Shown here: positions 52,701 to 64,000 of the stretch, piece after piece
How the letters are laid out: every line of letters begins with the position of its first letter
Numbering within the stretch: position 1 is the stretch's first letter
Assembly: GCA_039621445.1 (NCBI GenBank)
Contig: CP154954.1
Coordinates: forward strand, 10,187,521 to 10,251,520
From: Euglena gracilis
Lineage: Eukaryota
Length of the DNA: 64,000 nt
Direction: 5' to 3'
The notes under the pieces: generated by a model
The model's input: only the letters and a program-made list of their open reading frames with translations
The model's database searches: none
What the model was told of the DNA's origin: nothing
Position numbers and translations under genes: made by a program

Positions 52701-54704
52701 CACGCCTTCGGCGCCGCGTTCGCCTACCGCCTCGCCGCCGCCGTTGCCCGCCAGGCGAAGGCCCAGGGCATCACCATTGTCCCTGTCATCACATGCTACG
52801 ATTTGGTGGAGCGGTGTGTGTGTGTGTGTGTGTGGGTGGGTGGGTGGGTGGGTGGGTGGGTGGGTGGGTGGGTGGGTGGGTGGGTGGATGTGGGTGTATG
52901 TGTATGTGTGGGTGCGGGTGTGGGTGTGTGTGTGTGGGTGTAGGTGTTGTCTGCAATGTGCGGGGCCCAAAGGGGTGGGTGACCGAAGGTGCTTGTACGT
53001 GTGCACATGTGTACTTGTGTGGTGTGTGCGCGCGCGCGTGTGTGTGTGTTTGCGTATGCGTGACTCTGAAGGGTGCTGTTTGTCTCCTCTATCTCCTCTT
53101 TCAGGCCGCCTGGTTTTGTGAAAAGGATGCCTTTGGGGGTTTTCCTTTTGGGTTGTGACAGTTCTGCTTTTGTGCTTTCCTACCTTGACCTTTGTTTTTG
53201 CAGGCCTCAGGATCTCCAGGTGGAGGTGGAGACCGTGCTTCATTGCATGAGCCACCAAGCCTTTAGGGTGCCCAGGGGGGAGCGCATCCTCTCCGTTTCT
53301 TTTCTATTTTTTTTTTAAAATTTGGCAAAGTTTGCGGGGTTTATTTTTGCTTTTTTTATGTCTTTTGGGGGGCAATTTTAGAATTCTGCTGAGATACTCA
53401 CCCACCTTGAGAATTTTTGCATTTTGGACCGAATTTTCCCTTGAGAGTGTGGCCTCCTTGAGGATTTTGGTCTCCCCCGGGGCTAAAATTCTGTCTTTTT
53501 GTGTTCTCTGTACATATTATATACATGATATGATGTGACATGATATGATATGATACCATATGATATGATACGATGTGATATGATATGGTGTGATATGATA
53601 TGATATGATATGATATGATATGATATGATATGATATGATATGATATGATATGATATGATATGATATGATATGATAATATGATATGATATGGTATGATATG
53701 GTATGATATGATATGATATGATATGATATGATATGATATGATATGATATGATATGATATGATATGATATGATATGATATGATATGATATGATATGATATG
53801 ATACGTACGATATGAGATATATATGATAGAACATGCATATATGGAATATATCATATGTATGATAAATATGTATGTGCACATGGATATTTACATACATACA
53901 TATATCTTGTATATATCATATCGGGCAGGGGGTTTTTGGCTGCGGCTGTCAGCAGTGGCACAGCGGGGACCTGCTCCAAGGTGTTCAACACCCACCCCTT
54001 CTGCCTCGCCAACCTCTCCGCCCTCCGCACCAAGTACCCCGCCCCGGGCCTCCTGGAGGCCCACAGGCAGGATGCGGCCCCGTCCTTCATTTTTTCCCCG
54101 GTACTCGTTTTCGTTCCCCAAAAGCATACCACCACATGACATGTTTTTATGAATTTAGTTTGATTTGGACCATTCCTTGCCTGTGGATTTTCCTTTTGCC
54201 CATCAATTATCAGACCGTATAATAACCTCATTCTTTTGTTGCCATTGCGATCATATTGCCGTATGTAACCCCCAAATGTGAAGCCCCCGCCCCCCAACAA
54301 TATAAACCCCCTCTCAGGGGGTTTGTTTTGCCGCCCAAATATAAAGCTCCCCCTCCCCCCTGACGTGGAGCCAGACATTTGTGTTCTTCACCAAAAAGTG
54401 GAAAATTTTGGGTGGATACAACTTTTTTTTTCCACCAGAAATACTCCATTTTGGAGAAGAATTGCACATTTTCGCGAAAAATAGGAAGTACACAACGAAA
54501 ATTTGGCATAAAATTGGTATTTGGCCACAATTGAAAGCTGCTGAAGGTCGTAGAGGCCACCCGCAAAAGTTTGATTTCCTCCCCCGAATATGAAGCCCCC
54601 CCCCATTTTAAGCCCCGCTGAGGGTCTTGAAATCCCGTCCAAATGTAAAGCCCGGGTGGGGGCTTTATATTTGTGAGTTTACATGTATATTCATGTGCAT
54701 ATGC

Positions 54705-54735
<31 letters not shown>

Positions 54736-54757
54736 CATGTATGTGTATATGTGTATG

Positions 54758-54803
<46 letters not shown>

Positions 54804-54913
54804 ATGTATATTTGGGGCTTTATATTTGGGGGTTTACATGTATATGTATATGCATATGCACATGCACATGTATATGTATATGTATATGTATATGCATATG
54901 TATATGTATATGC

Positions 54914-54978
<65 letters not shown>

Positions 54979-55548
54979 GCAGCCATAATCTACATGCCCC
55001 CCCCGGGGGGCCATGTAGTGTTTCCAGGGGGGGGGGCATTTTTTTTTTCGTTAATGATGGAATAGAGTTAGGTGCGCGACTTAGGCTTAGGGTTAGGCCT
55101 AACTTGTACACCGAACACCCGTCTATAAGTTAGGCCTAACCCTAACCCTAAATCGCGCACCTAACCCTATTCCATCATTACCGCAAAAACACTATTTTGA
55201 CCCCCTGGATAATCTAACCCCCCCCCAAATAACCCCCCCCCCCCGGTGTGTTATTTGGGCACCCGAACTGGAGCCCCAGGGGCGGTGTGTTATTTGGGGG
55301 GGTGTTATTTTTACATGGAAAACCAAAGGAAAACAGGGGGGGGTGTTATTTGGGCGCTCGAAATCGGCCCCCGAGGGGGGGGTGTTATTTCGGGGGGGGG
55401 TGTTATTTGGGGGGGTGTTATTTGGGGGGGGTTTACATGGCCCCCCCGGGGGGACATGTAGATTATGGCTGCCATGTATATGAATATGTACATGTACATG
55501 TGTGTATGTATGTGTATGTGTATATGTACATGTATATGTATATGTTTG

Positions 55549-55580
<32 letters not shown>

Positions 55581-55583
55581 CAC

Positions 55584-55676
<93 letters not shown>

Positions 55677-56285
55677 CATATGTATATGAAAATGTATATG
55701 CATATGTCTGTGTATGTGTATGTATATGCACATGTTTGTGCATGTGCATGTATGTATGCATGCACACATATGCATGCACACACCTTTTATCTTTTCCCCT
55801 GTTCTGTCACCAGTGCGTTTTTAAATTCTCTATTAAACTGCATCACCCCAAGATGTTTCTCAATTTTGAGTGATGCTTATCAAAAATGCTGGCAGGGTGC
55901 CCATTCTGGCGCAGAATTATTTGCGAAGGGCACGGTGGTGGATCTGGTGTCTCAGCTGATGACCAGGGTTTGGTATAATATGGTGGATCCGTTAGAGGGG
56001 GGGGGTTCCCGTGAACCGGAAGGGGATTTGGATTAGGTACCCGGGACCGCCTCCAAAAAGCTCACATTTTTTGCGCTGATAGTTTTTTTTTTTGCATTTT
56101 GGCAAGTTTTTTGCCAAAATGGCTTTTCTGGAGGCAAATTTTTTCTCAAAAAACAGTCACCTAGACCGACTGTCCCCACCCCTTCCTTGACCGGAGGCGG
56201 GGTTTTGACCCCCCCACCTTAAATATTGAATCCTGCTGATGACCTTTGGCCAGCAGCACCAACGCGCCAACGGTTATGCCACAGA
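49773..56285 (+). CDS. Multi-exon P-loop GTPase, IFI44-like
   Basis: Exons 49773-49794, 49983-50068, 50285-50386 ([17 protein letters not shown]1), 51259-51363 (LFDTKGL, G3), 52643-52813 (VITCYD, G4-like), 53204-~53247, ~53948-54063, ~55895-55960 and 56241-~56285; several GT-AG joins are phase-consistent; ends uncertain. Confidence 0.75.
53525..53805. repeat. (ATATG)n microsatellite
   Basis: Direct reading. Confidence 0.95.
54978..55473. mobile_element. MITE with GGCAG termini inserted in an (ATATGT)n tract
   Basis: Perfect 19-bp TIR GGCAGCCATAATCTACATG; microsatellite on both sides. Confidence 0.85.
55961..56240 (+). other. Non-conventional intron that is a MITE with a perfect 8-bp TSD
   Basis: TSD CTGATGAC on both sides of CAGG...CCTG; splicing gives QLM|TFGQ in frame. 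Confidence 0.85.
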
Positions 56286-58474
56286 CAAGCCATTTGTATA
56301 CAAGACCTCTGGCGGTGACCTCTCCTATTTTTCAAGAAAATATTTTTGCTTGAAAACTGTCACAGTGAGGTCCCCAGCTGTGTCAATTACCACTCCTCCC
56401 CCCCTTATTGTCCCTGGGTCCCTGCCGACGGAAGCTTTTTTTTTGTCTGGTCCAATTATCCCTAATTGCCCCCCCCCCTTATTGTCTGATCCGGTTCCGG
56501 GGAGCAGGTTAGTGGGACAACAGGAGGGTGGGGGTGCCATTGTGGCTTATCTTAAGAAGTTTTCTGGTGTTTTCCCGTTCGAGCAAAAGTGCTGTTGTTT
56601 CAAGAAGGTTTTATGCCAAGCGGCAACCCTCCCCACACCCGAGGGGTCGTTGGTCATTTACCGGGTGGGGGGGGGCAGTCGCGACGTGTTTCCCATTTTT
56701 TGGGGGGTTCCACGGCCCCCGGGAACTTGCCAGATTTTTGGTCGACCTTTGTTGGGTTCTGGGAGGGTGCGTGCTTATTGTTAGGAAAGGGGTTAAAATT
56801 AGGATTGGCGAACCGAAGATTGGGCCGATTTAGGGATGAGGTTTTGCTGGAAGTTTGGTTCGAAAGGTTTTCCGGCCTCCTTTTCTGCCCAATGGAGCCT
56901 AAATTATTCCTGATCTCCTACAAATCCGGCAAAATCCGGCAAAATCTGGCAAATTCGGCAATTCCAGCAAATCCAGCAAATCCGGCCCGCCAGTCACCAT
57001 GACCTGAATTGGGCCCCATCCCTTGCAATGACCCGGAACAAGTTCTCCCAGTGTGCCCCCCCCCCCACCCCCCACCAGACCAGCCTGACGGCATCGGCCA
57101 CCGGCGGCCCAAAGCACCCGACTGGACCAGAGTGGAGGAGGGGGGAGGGGTTTTGAAGGGGCGCACCTTTGGGAGGGTGCACCTTGGCGTGGGGGTCTGG
57201 GCTTCTGTTTCAGACGTGGGGGAGGAGAGGCAGGGACACCTGGAGAAAAGCCACCCCTCCCCAATGGTCTGACCGGGGGTTGACAGAAATGCATGAGAAG
57301 CCCTGAGGGCCGACTTCTTGATCGAAGAATATCTCACCAATTTTCTCCAGGGAGTTCAGCCCATTATCCATGAGGCAATGATTGACAAAAACTTCAAAAT
57401 TCTGCAACATATCGTGCACTATTTTTCTGGGCATATTCTTTTCATATTTGTGGACAGCATTTTCCTGGGACATATTCCATTCTTTTCATAACTTCGGAGT
57501 TCGATGATCTGATGCAGTGTTCATTACCCATGTGCATTTCATTAGAAAAGGATCATTCTGTACCTTAGTTTTCCCACCCAACAGAAAAAATGTGAATAAA
57601 TACGAAGGTCTTTTGCATTTATTTTGCAGGCATTTATTTTCGGTTTTGTCCTCCAAATTTCATGCAGCATGTTTTTCTAATTTAAGTGTGGGAGTCTTTA
57701 GTCATTTTCATTTATTTATTTTTGGTAAAATGTCAGCTGTCTGGATTGACGGGTTTGATGGGTTTATGACATCCGGGGGAGGTGGGCTTGGCCTGCGCGA
57801 GGTCACAACCTCGACTGCCGCATGATGTAATTACCAACCCCTTGCCGACCCCCTCCACCCTCCCCTCGTGACTGTCCCCGGCCACCGTGCCTGGCACCAC
57901 TCGTGCCTCGAAGTTGCAGCCTCCGCAATGCAGATTGTCTTATTCGCCTCCCGGACCAAGGATGGGTATTGGATATTGACCCATATCGTCAGCCTTATTG
58001 ACGATCTTGAATTTATCAGGTCCCGAAAAAGTATTGTGAAATATCGGCTTTATTGGGGGGGAGGTTCTGCTGGTTTGTTGTTTTTTTGGGCGATTTTGGG
58101 ATTCTCCAAATCAGAAAAATTAGGATATCGGAGCACAAAGTGGTCATATCGGTTTTATCGACTTTTATCGAGGATATCGGGGGGTCAATCTATCCAAATT
58201 TATCGGGACCCCACCTAAACCCAATATCAATATGCATCCTTCCCAAACCCCTTCAGCCACGGTTTGTGGGATTAACCCCCCCAAGGTTAGACCCCCCCCC
58301 AGAGAAAATTAATCTCCTGACCGAGCGAAAATCCAGAGGTAAGAATTATCGAGTTTATGGCGTTCATTTGTTATAAATAAACAAATGAATGTGAATATTT
58401 CACCTGCGCCATCATATTCCTGAACCTCTCTGCAGGGCGGCCAACCCCCGCCTGGTGTGGCCGGGCCAGTCTCC

Positions 58475-61400
58475 ATGGGCCCCATCAAGGACATCCGCTT
58501 CCTGGCGCTGGAGGAGAGTCCTGGGGCAACAGGCGTAGTGGCCGGACCGTCGCTTGGGGACGCCGCCTGGATTGGCTCGATGGCATCCGGGGGCTCATCT
58601 TTCGCATTGGCTTGTCAAACCGATATACGAACAGCCGACCCCTTTCCCTGTTTCAACGAATACATCTGGCAGCTTTGATGTGTTTGCTCGCCCTGTACAA
58701 TTTGCTCCTGCTCCCCAACATATGAGATAGATTACCAGTCCATCGAGAGGCTTTCTGATACTCATTTTGAATTTACTGATTCATTTTTTTTCTGCCCCTG
58801 GAATCCTTGTGGTCTCAGTGGCCTGCATCTCCCACCCACCCGCCTTCCCTGCGCGCTGCTGTCCGCCACAGATTGTCATCGACGTGTGCCGTGCATTCAC
58901 CACCGCTGCGTATGCTTTCTCCTCCGGGGCAGAGCGGATCCTTCTGACTGGGGCAGGCAACAGCTCTCAGATTTTCCCCGCTTCATTTCCCTCCTCCCTC
59001 TCATGACACATCAAATACCCTCGTATTTCACTCCCCACCTTGCATTCTCCCTGCATGTTTTTTTTAACTTTTGAGCCTACGTTAAGCTTTCCCCACCAGA
59101 CATTTATCATCTGGAAAATTGCCGCAGCACAGCTGTCACCTGACTTCAGAAATGGTCAGTGGTTTCCCCCGTGCAAAGTATTGTGGTGGGTGGAGCAAGG
59201 TATTGAGTGAAATTTGGTTTGGTTCCTCCCTTTATGTCCAACGACGTGCAATATCAGCCCTCTGAAAAGGGCGGGGGGAGGTGTTGTAGGACATGGGGTT
59301 CTGACCAACAAGATGTCCTTCGACCAGAGGTCGGTCGTTGGACAAAGGGTCAAAAAAGCGCCCACGGACTCGGGGAAGTTCCCTCCATCCCCTCCAAAGG
59401 TCCTTTTTTTTCTTTCATTTCGGCGCGAATTTCCGGTTTTCGAAAAGCATTCAGAAACACACAACACATGCAAAAATGAACCCTGCGATACCGACCCACT
59501 GTGTGCCGCACACGGTGTACACGGTATACGTACATCTCTCAAACCCCAAAATAGCCGACATTTCCGTGTGCATTTGTTCCGACCCAGTTTCCCCGCAAGA
59601 CACACGGTGTGTGCCGATCCTCATGTGGAGCGTTGAGCAGTGGCCTCTGGCAACGGTGGACGAGGCCCTGGCGCTGCGGCAGAGCGTGCCCGGCTCGAAA
59701 ATCATCGGTGAGGCCCACGGCGCCGTTTACTGACCATTGGGGGCCAATTTGAAAACGGCTAACTGTTCGCTGAGTGTTGCTTCTGTGCCAATGGCTCATC
59801 CGCTGATTTCCCACCGCCCCACAAAGAGCAGAATGAGTGATTCTATGTGTTTCAAAAGGGGGAGACTGGTTTTTTCCCCCTTTTATACTTCAATTGTCTG
59901 CCGTGGCAAAAATGCAAATGTGCTGTGTGCTCCCTGTGTTTTCCGGTGTCCCCAAATTTCAATGAAAGATTTGGTGTGCAAACATACAAATACCACACCG
60001 ATGCATCCCCCTCCAATTGAGCATTTCGTTGTGGACTCCTTCAATGAGAATTTGAGAAATCCCGAGAAATGAAGGCGAATTGCAGGAAAATGTCGAACGA
60101 CAGCAACCATATCTACACAATTGACACCTATGTATGCAATTTTTTCCTGGAACGCTGTTAAATTGGTGCATTTTTTCCCCTCCAAAGTGAGCCTCTTCCG
60201 TCTCCTTCCCAGTTTGGAACGAAGCAACAAATTTTGACGTCCTAGTCCAAATTCCAGTGACCTCACACATCCGGCGACACCCATATTTTAGGCACCAGTT
60301 TTCCCTCTGGCAGGTTGACGGGTACCTAAACTTTAAAACCAGATAGGTCCAAGCAGGTCCGTCCCGCAGGTCCATGTCTTGCCCGGAGGCGACACCCCCA
60401 CCTACAGCAAGCATTTACAGTCCGGACAAAATATCGTCACCAGCACCGCAAATGAACAAAGCACGCGGGGGAGGGGGGTATTGCGCGCCTTGGACCGCCT
60501 TTCAGGCAGGCGACAAAACAGCTCGCGTGGGCCCAAAGCGACAAACGTGATGACTTCCCGGGGTAGGTGACAAGCTCAAAGAACCCTCAAAGCCCAACAA
60601 AATTGGCCAGATAAAAAAGGGATAAAACTGCAATTCCCCATCCCCCCGTGATAATATCCCCTGAGGTTCATATGGGCACTCGGCCAAGACACATCCGCGC
60701 CGAAACCTCAAACAGGTGCCGGGAGCCCCCAAAAAACTTTTTGGGCACTTTTTGGCCCATGATCAGGCAGGCACCGACCACCCGGGAGGGGGGAGGTCGG
60801 CCTTGCCATAAAATTCAGCCTGGCAGGAACGGTGTCATCCGCCACGTTAGCCAAGACCAGCCCCCGAAACATTTGATTGCCAGCCACCCCCCGGATAAAA
60901 TGTCCCCTGGACAACCTGTGGTGGCAACTGCTGCAGTGGACTTTTCAGCACCCCCCCGGGGACAATAATTATGCAAACCTATCTGATTTTTTCCATATTT
61001 TCTCCCGTAATTTTTTGTCCAGTGCACCTTTCCTACGCCGGTTGGGGGAGCCACTCTCAGGGGCAGTCAAATTTCATACACAAATACACAGGGTTATGTT
61101 ACGTTGTTGATTCTTGGGGTTTATTTTGAAATGAAAATTACCTACCCCCCCCGGGAAACTGTCATGCCCGAGAACCTGTCAGGGTCCCGCCCGGGAAACT
61201 GTCAGGGTCCCCGGTACCGGCCAACCTGTCAGTATAGGAAGTTGTCAGGGTCCCCGGTACTGGCCAACCTGTCAGGGTCATTTTTCATTGACTTTCTCTT
61301 GAAATGCCCTACCCGGGAAACTGTCAGGGTCCCGCCCGGGAAACTGTCTGTCAGGGTCCCCGGTACCGGCCAACCTGTCAGTATAGGAAGTTGTCAGGGT

Positions 61401-63310
61401 CCCCTGTACTGGCCAACCTGTCAGGTGACAGTTTCCCGGGGGGGGGGGTAGGTACAAGAATCATCACCAGAAGTCCATTTTGACCATTTTTTTGGGATTT
61501 TTGGAATTTTCGAGTTGGAATACTGCAAGAAAATATTCATTGTAGGTGAAAAAAAAGCTCGTTTTTTTCGAAATCAAAAATTTCCCGTGGTTTTTCCCAC
61601 CTGTAGTATATTATCCGTGATCTGGTACCCCCCCCCCCGTCTCAGCACCCCCCCCCCGGTTTTCTACAATCATCTTCTCGCGGAGACTTATTTTGCGTGT
61701 TTTTTTTTTCGGAAATTTTGAAATTTTAGAAACGTCTACCTGAATTTTGCGTCCAAATGCCTGTAAGTCCAACAGTGGACCCCAAAAGAATTTCGCGCCG
61801 CATTTTTTTTTTGCAGTCAAATGACCTCCCTTTTTCTGCAACACCTCCTGGTTCTTACCCATACTTTGGAAAATTAAGCAACCCCCACTTCTTTCCCCCC
61901 CCCCCCGATGCCCAACGACCCCCTATGTCCAACGACCCCCCCCAGTCGGAGGACACAGGTAACCAGTTGTTGGACATAGGGGGGGTACCCGCTTTCAGAC
62001 CATCATTTCCGTTTCTTAGACAGATTGAGGCAATTTTTGTTTGCACCCTCCAGCCAACCAGGGCGGACCACAGGTGACTGCCCTCCAGCCCCCCCCCCAC
62101 TCCTGGTGCCTGTGTGAGCCGATGCAAACGGTGCCGTGCGACTCGTCGGCGGCCTCCCGGTGGCCACTTTCGACCTCTGGAACTCGCCGGTGCAGGTCAA
62201 GGCGGCCGACCTGCGGGGCTGCACACTGGCGCCCCGCCGCCCGCAAACCCGTCGCCCGCGCCGGGCGACGTCAGGCGCGCGACGGGTCACATGTGTACGT
62301 ACATGAATGGCCCGAGTGATAATGCCGTGCCACTTCGGGTATTCGGGATAACGGAATCACCGTGGAGTGGCACATGTGTGTCCCGGTTAAACGTCTCGGC
62401 TGTTCGCCAGGAACCGTTCGCACATCTTTGTGTCAGTCGCTGTCTCTTTGCAAGTAAAGCACAATGCCCCAATGCAATTGCACGCTGGACGCTGTAACAC
62501 TTGGGGCGGGTATCTAAGATGGCAAATGCCAGCCGTCAGCAACCGCCAGTCAAACCTGTGAAAGGCTCTGCAGTTCATCAGTTTCTGTTTCCTGCTGCAC
62601 TGGAGAACTTCTTTGTTTGTTTGTTGACCCTGGTGACCCGGGTTGGGCTCTACCTCTCCCTTTGGGGGCCGGTCCTTGTGGAGACCCGAAACAAAAGGCA
62701 ACTGTTTTGAATGCTTTTCTGGGCTTTTGTTTTTCTAATTGTCCTGAAAACAGCAAATTCTGCGGTCCGCATCCCACCCCCTGCTGAATGCCACCGTCGG
62801 GAAGGGTTGTGTTTTTCCTTCGGCATGATTTCTTTGGGATCCCAAAGTAAATCCGAAGAGTGTGCCTCCAAAGCTCTTGCACGCCCCAACGGGTTGCTGG
62901 TGTTGGGAATGCCCCCCCCCCCGCGGATCAAATAGAGCAGAAAAAGAGAATATAAAAAAAACAGTTTATTGAAATAATTGAATTAATTTTAAATAATTTA
63001 AAATTGCTAAAATGAATTTAAACAAGTTGCAAATAATAACTAATAAATAAATTTAAATAAAAATAAAATGGAAAAAAAATTAAAATTAAAAATAAAGTTG
63101 AAAAGTTGAAGTTAAGTCAAAACCATCAATGACCAAGTTCTTCACAAATCAAAAAAGGGGGTGGGCAGCCCTTGCAGTGGGCGGCGGGGCGGGACCGATC
63201 CAGCGCACGACGGCGGGCACGCAGGGCGTCGTCCGGGCGGCCGGCGCAGCGCTGCTGCTGACCGCCTCGTTCGCCGTCGCCACCGCCACCGCGCGCCACG
63301 TGTTGCAGTA
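58475..63310 (+). CDS. comB: 2-phosphosulfolactate phosphatase (ComB) family protein; C-terminus probably beyond the window
   Basis: Exons 58475-58539, 58871-~58949 (IVIDVCRAFTTAAYAF), ~59650-59712 (TVDEALAL...IIGE), 62145-62227 (VGGLPVATFDLWNSP) and 63197-~63310 (QRTTAGTQGVVRA...ASF); motif order matches ComB (VIDVLRA, GE.GG, FD.GNSP, TTNGT). Confidence 0.85.
61143..61452. mobile_element. MITE with internal CTGTCAGGGTCCC repeats
   Basis: Inverted ends CTACCCCCCCCGGGAAACTGTCA / TGACAGTTTCCCGGGGGGGGGGTAG; related sequence at ~63843-63960. Confidence 0.75.
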
Positions 63311-64000
63311 CGCGGCCGCCTCGTCCGGCCACTGCCACCGCTGGGCTACTGTGGCTGGCCGTGTTCTGAGTAGGACCCCACAGTTTCCGGGGGGGGGGGG
63401 GTACCCCAAAAATATGAAAAATGAAATGGCAATTAAAAAAAATGAATTTTAAAGAATTTGAAATTGAACTTAAAGTGAAGAATAATAACGCCCACCTGTG
63501 AAATAAAAGTTCAATAAAAAAAACTCCCACCTGGGGGTCGTTAAGCAGCGCCCTGTTAAGGACCACCCTGCATTGAATGGAAGATTTGTTGAACCCAGCC
63601 AATCAGTTGAGCCCACCACCCGACGCTCAGCGCCAGCTGGCCTGTTTCGACCTATCCCCTTTTCGGGTGACTGCCGGGTCCGCCCCTATCGATTCCTGGG
63701 AGACATGGGAATTCCGGCCGCCCTGTGGATGATGCACGGAGGTCTCCTCCGCCACGTCCGCTCATTTTTTGGGCTTTTGATTCAAAACCACAAACTTGAA
63801 ACTGTACTTTTGGAGCCGTTGTGAACCCAAATTTCTGTGGTTCCTACCCCCTCCCGGGAAACTGTCACCTAAACCCCGTACTCTATGACCTGTCACCTCA
63901 GGGACCTGTTACACAACAAAAGCCCCCCTGCCTCCCCGTGGGAAACTGTAACCTGACAAGTAAGCGAGCACAGAGGCAGGCATGCCAGACTCCCCCCAGG

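Noticed and set aside
55075-55170. Telomere
   Set aside because: Only a few degenerate units inside a TIR element
59710-63197. Apparent new GC-CG / GC-TG spliceosomal intron class
   Set aside because: Shifting the junctions reveals long terminal stems typical of non-conventional introns

Overview
Eukaryotic, repeat-rich genomic DNA. Short GC-rich exons are scattered among MITEs, microsatellites and nested insertions. Many introns lack GT-AG ends and are closed by a base-paired stem in which intron position +4 pairs with -6 (often CAG...CTG), the signature of euglenid non-conventional introns, so the source is most likely a Euglena-like organism (inference). The supplied ORF track is therefore mostly noise. 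At least five fragmented + strand genes were reconstructed by eye: a gene 3' end, an O-fucosyltransferase-like protein, a DxD glycosyltransferase-like protein, an IFI44-like P-loop GTPase and a ComB-family phosphatase. Two results stand out. (1) A near-perfect 272-bp tandem array (40779-42657) carries a complete type III hammerhead ribozyme in each unit, i.e. a retrozyme-like system predicted to give 272-nt self-cleaved, possibly circular RNAs. (2) Some non-conventional introns are hAT-like MITEs with 8-bp target-site duplications, and the 3+5 splice geometry removes exactly one TSD copy. Exon boundaries were read manually and some are approximate.
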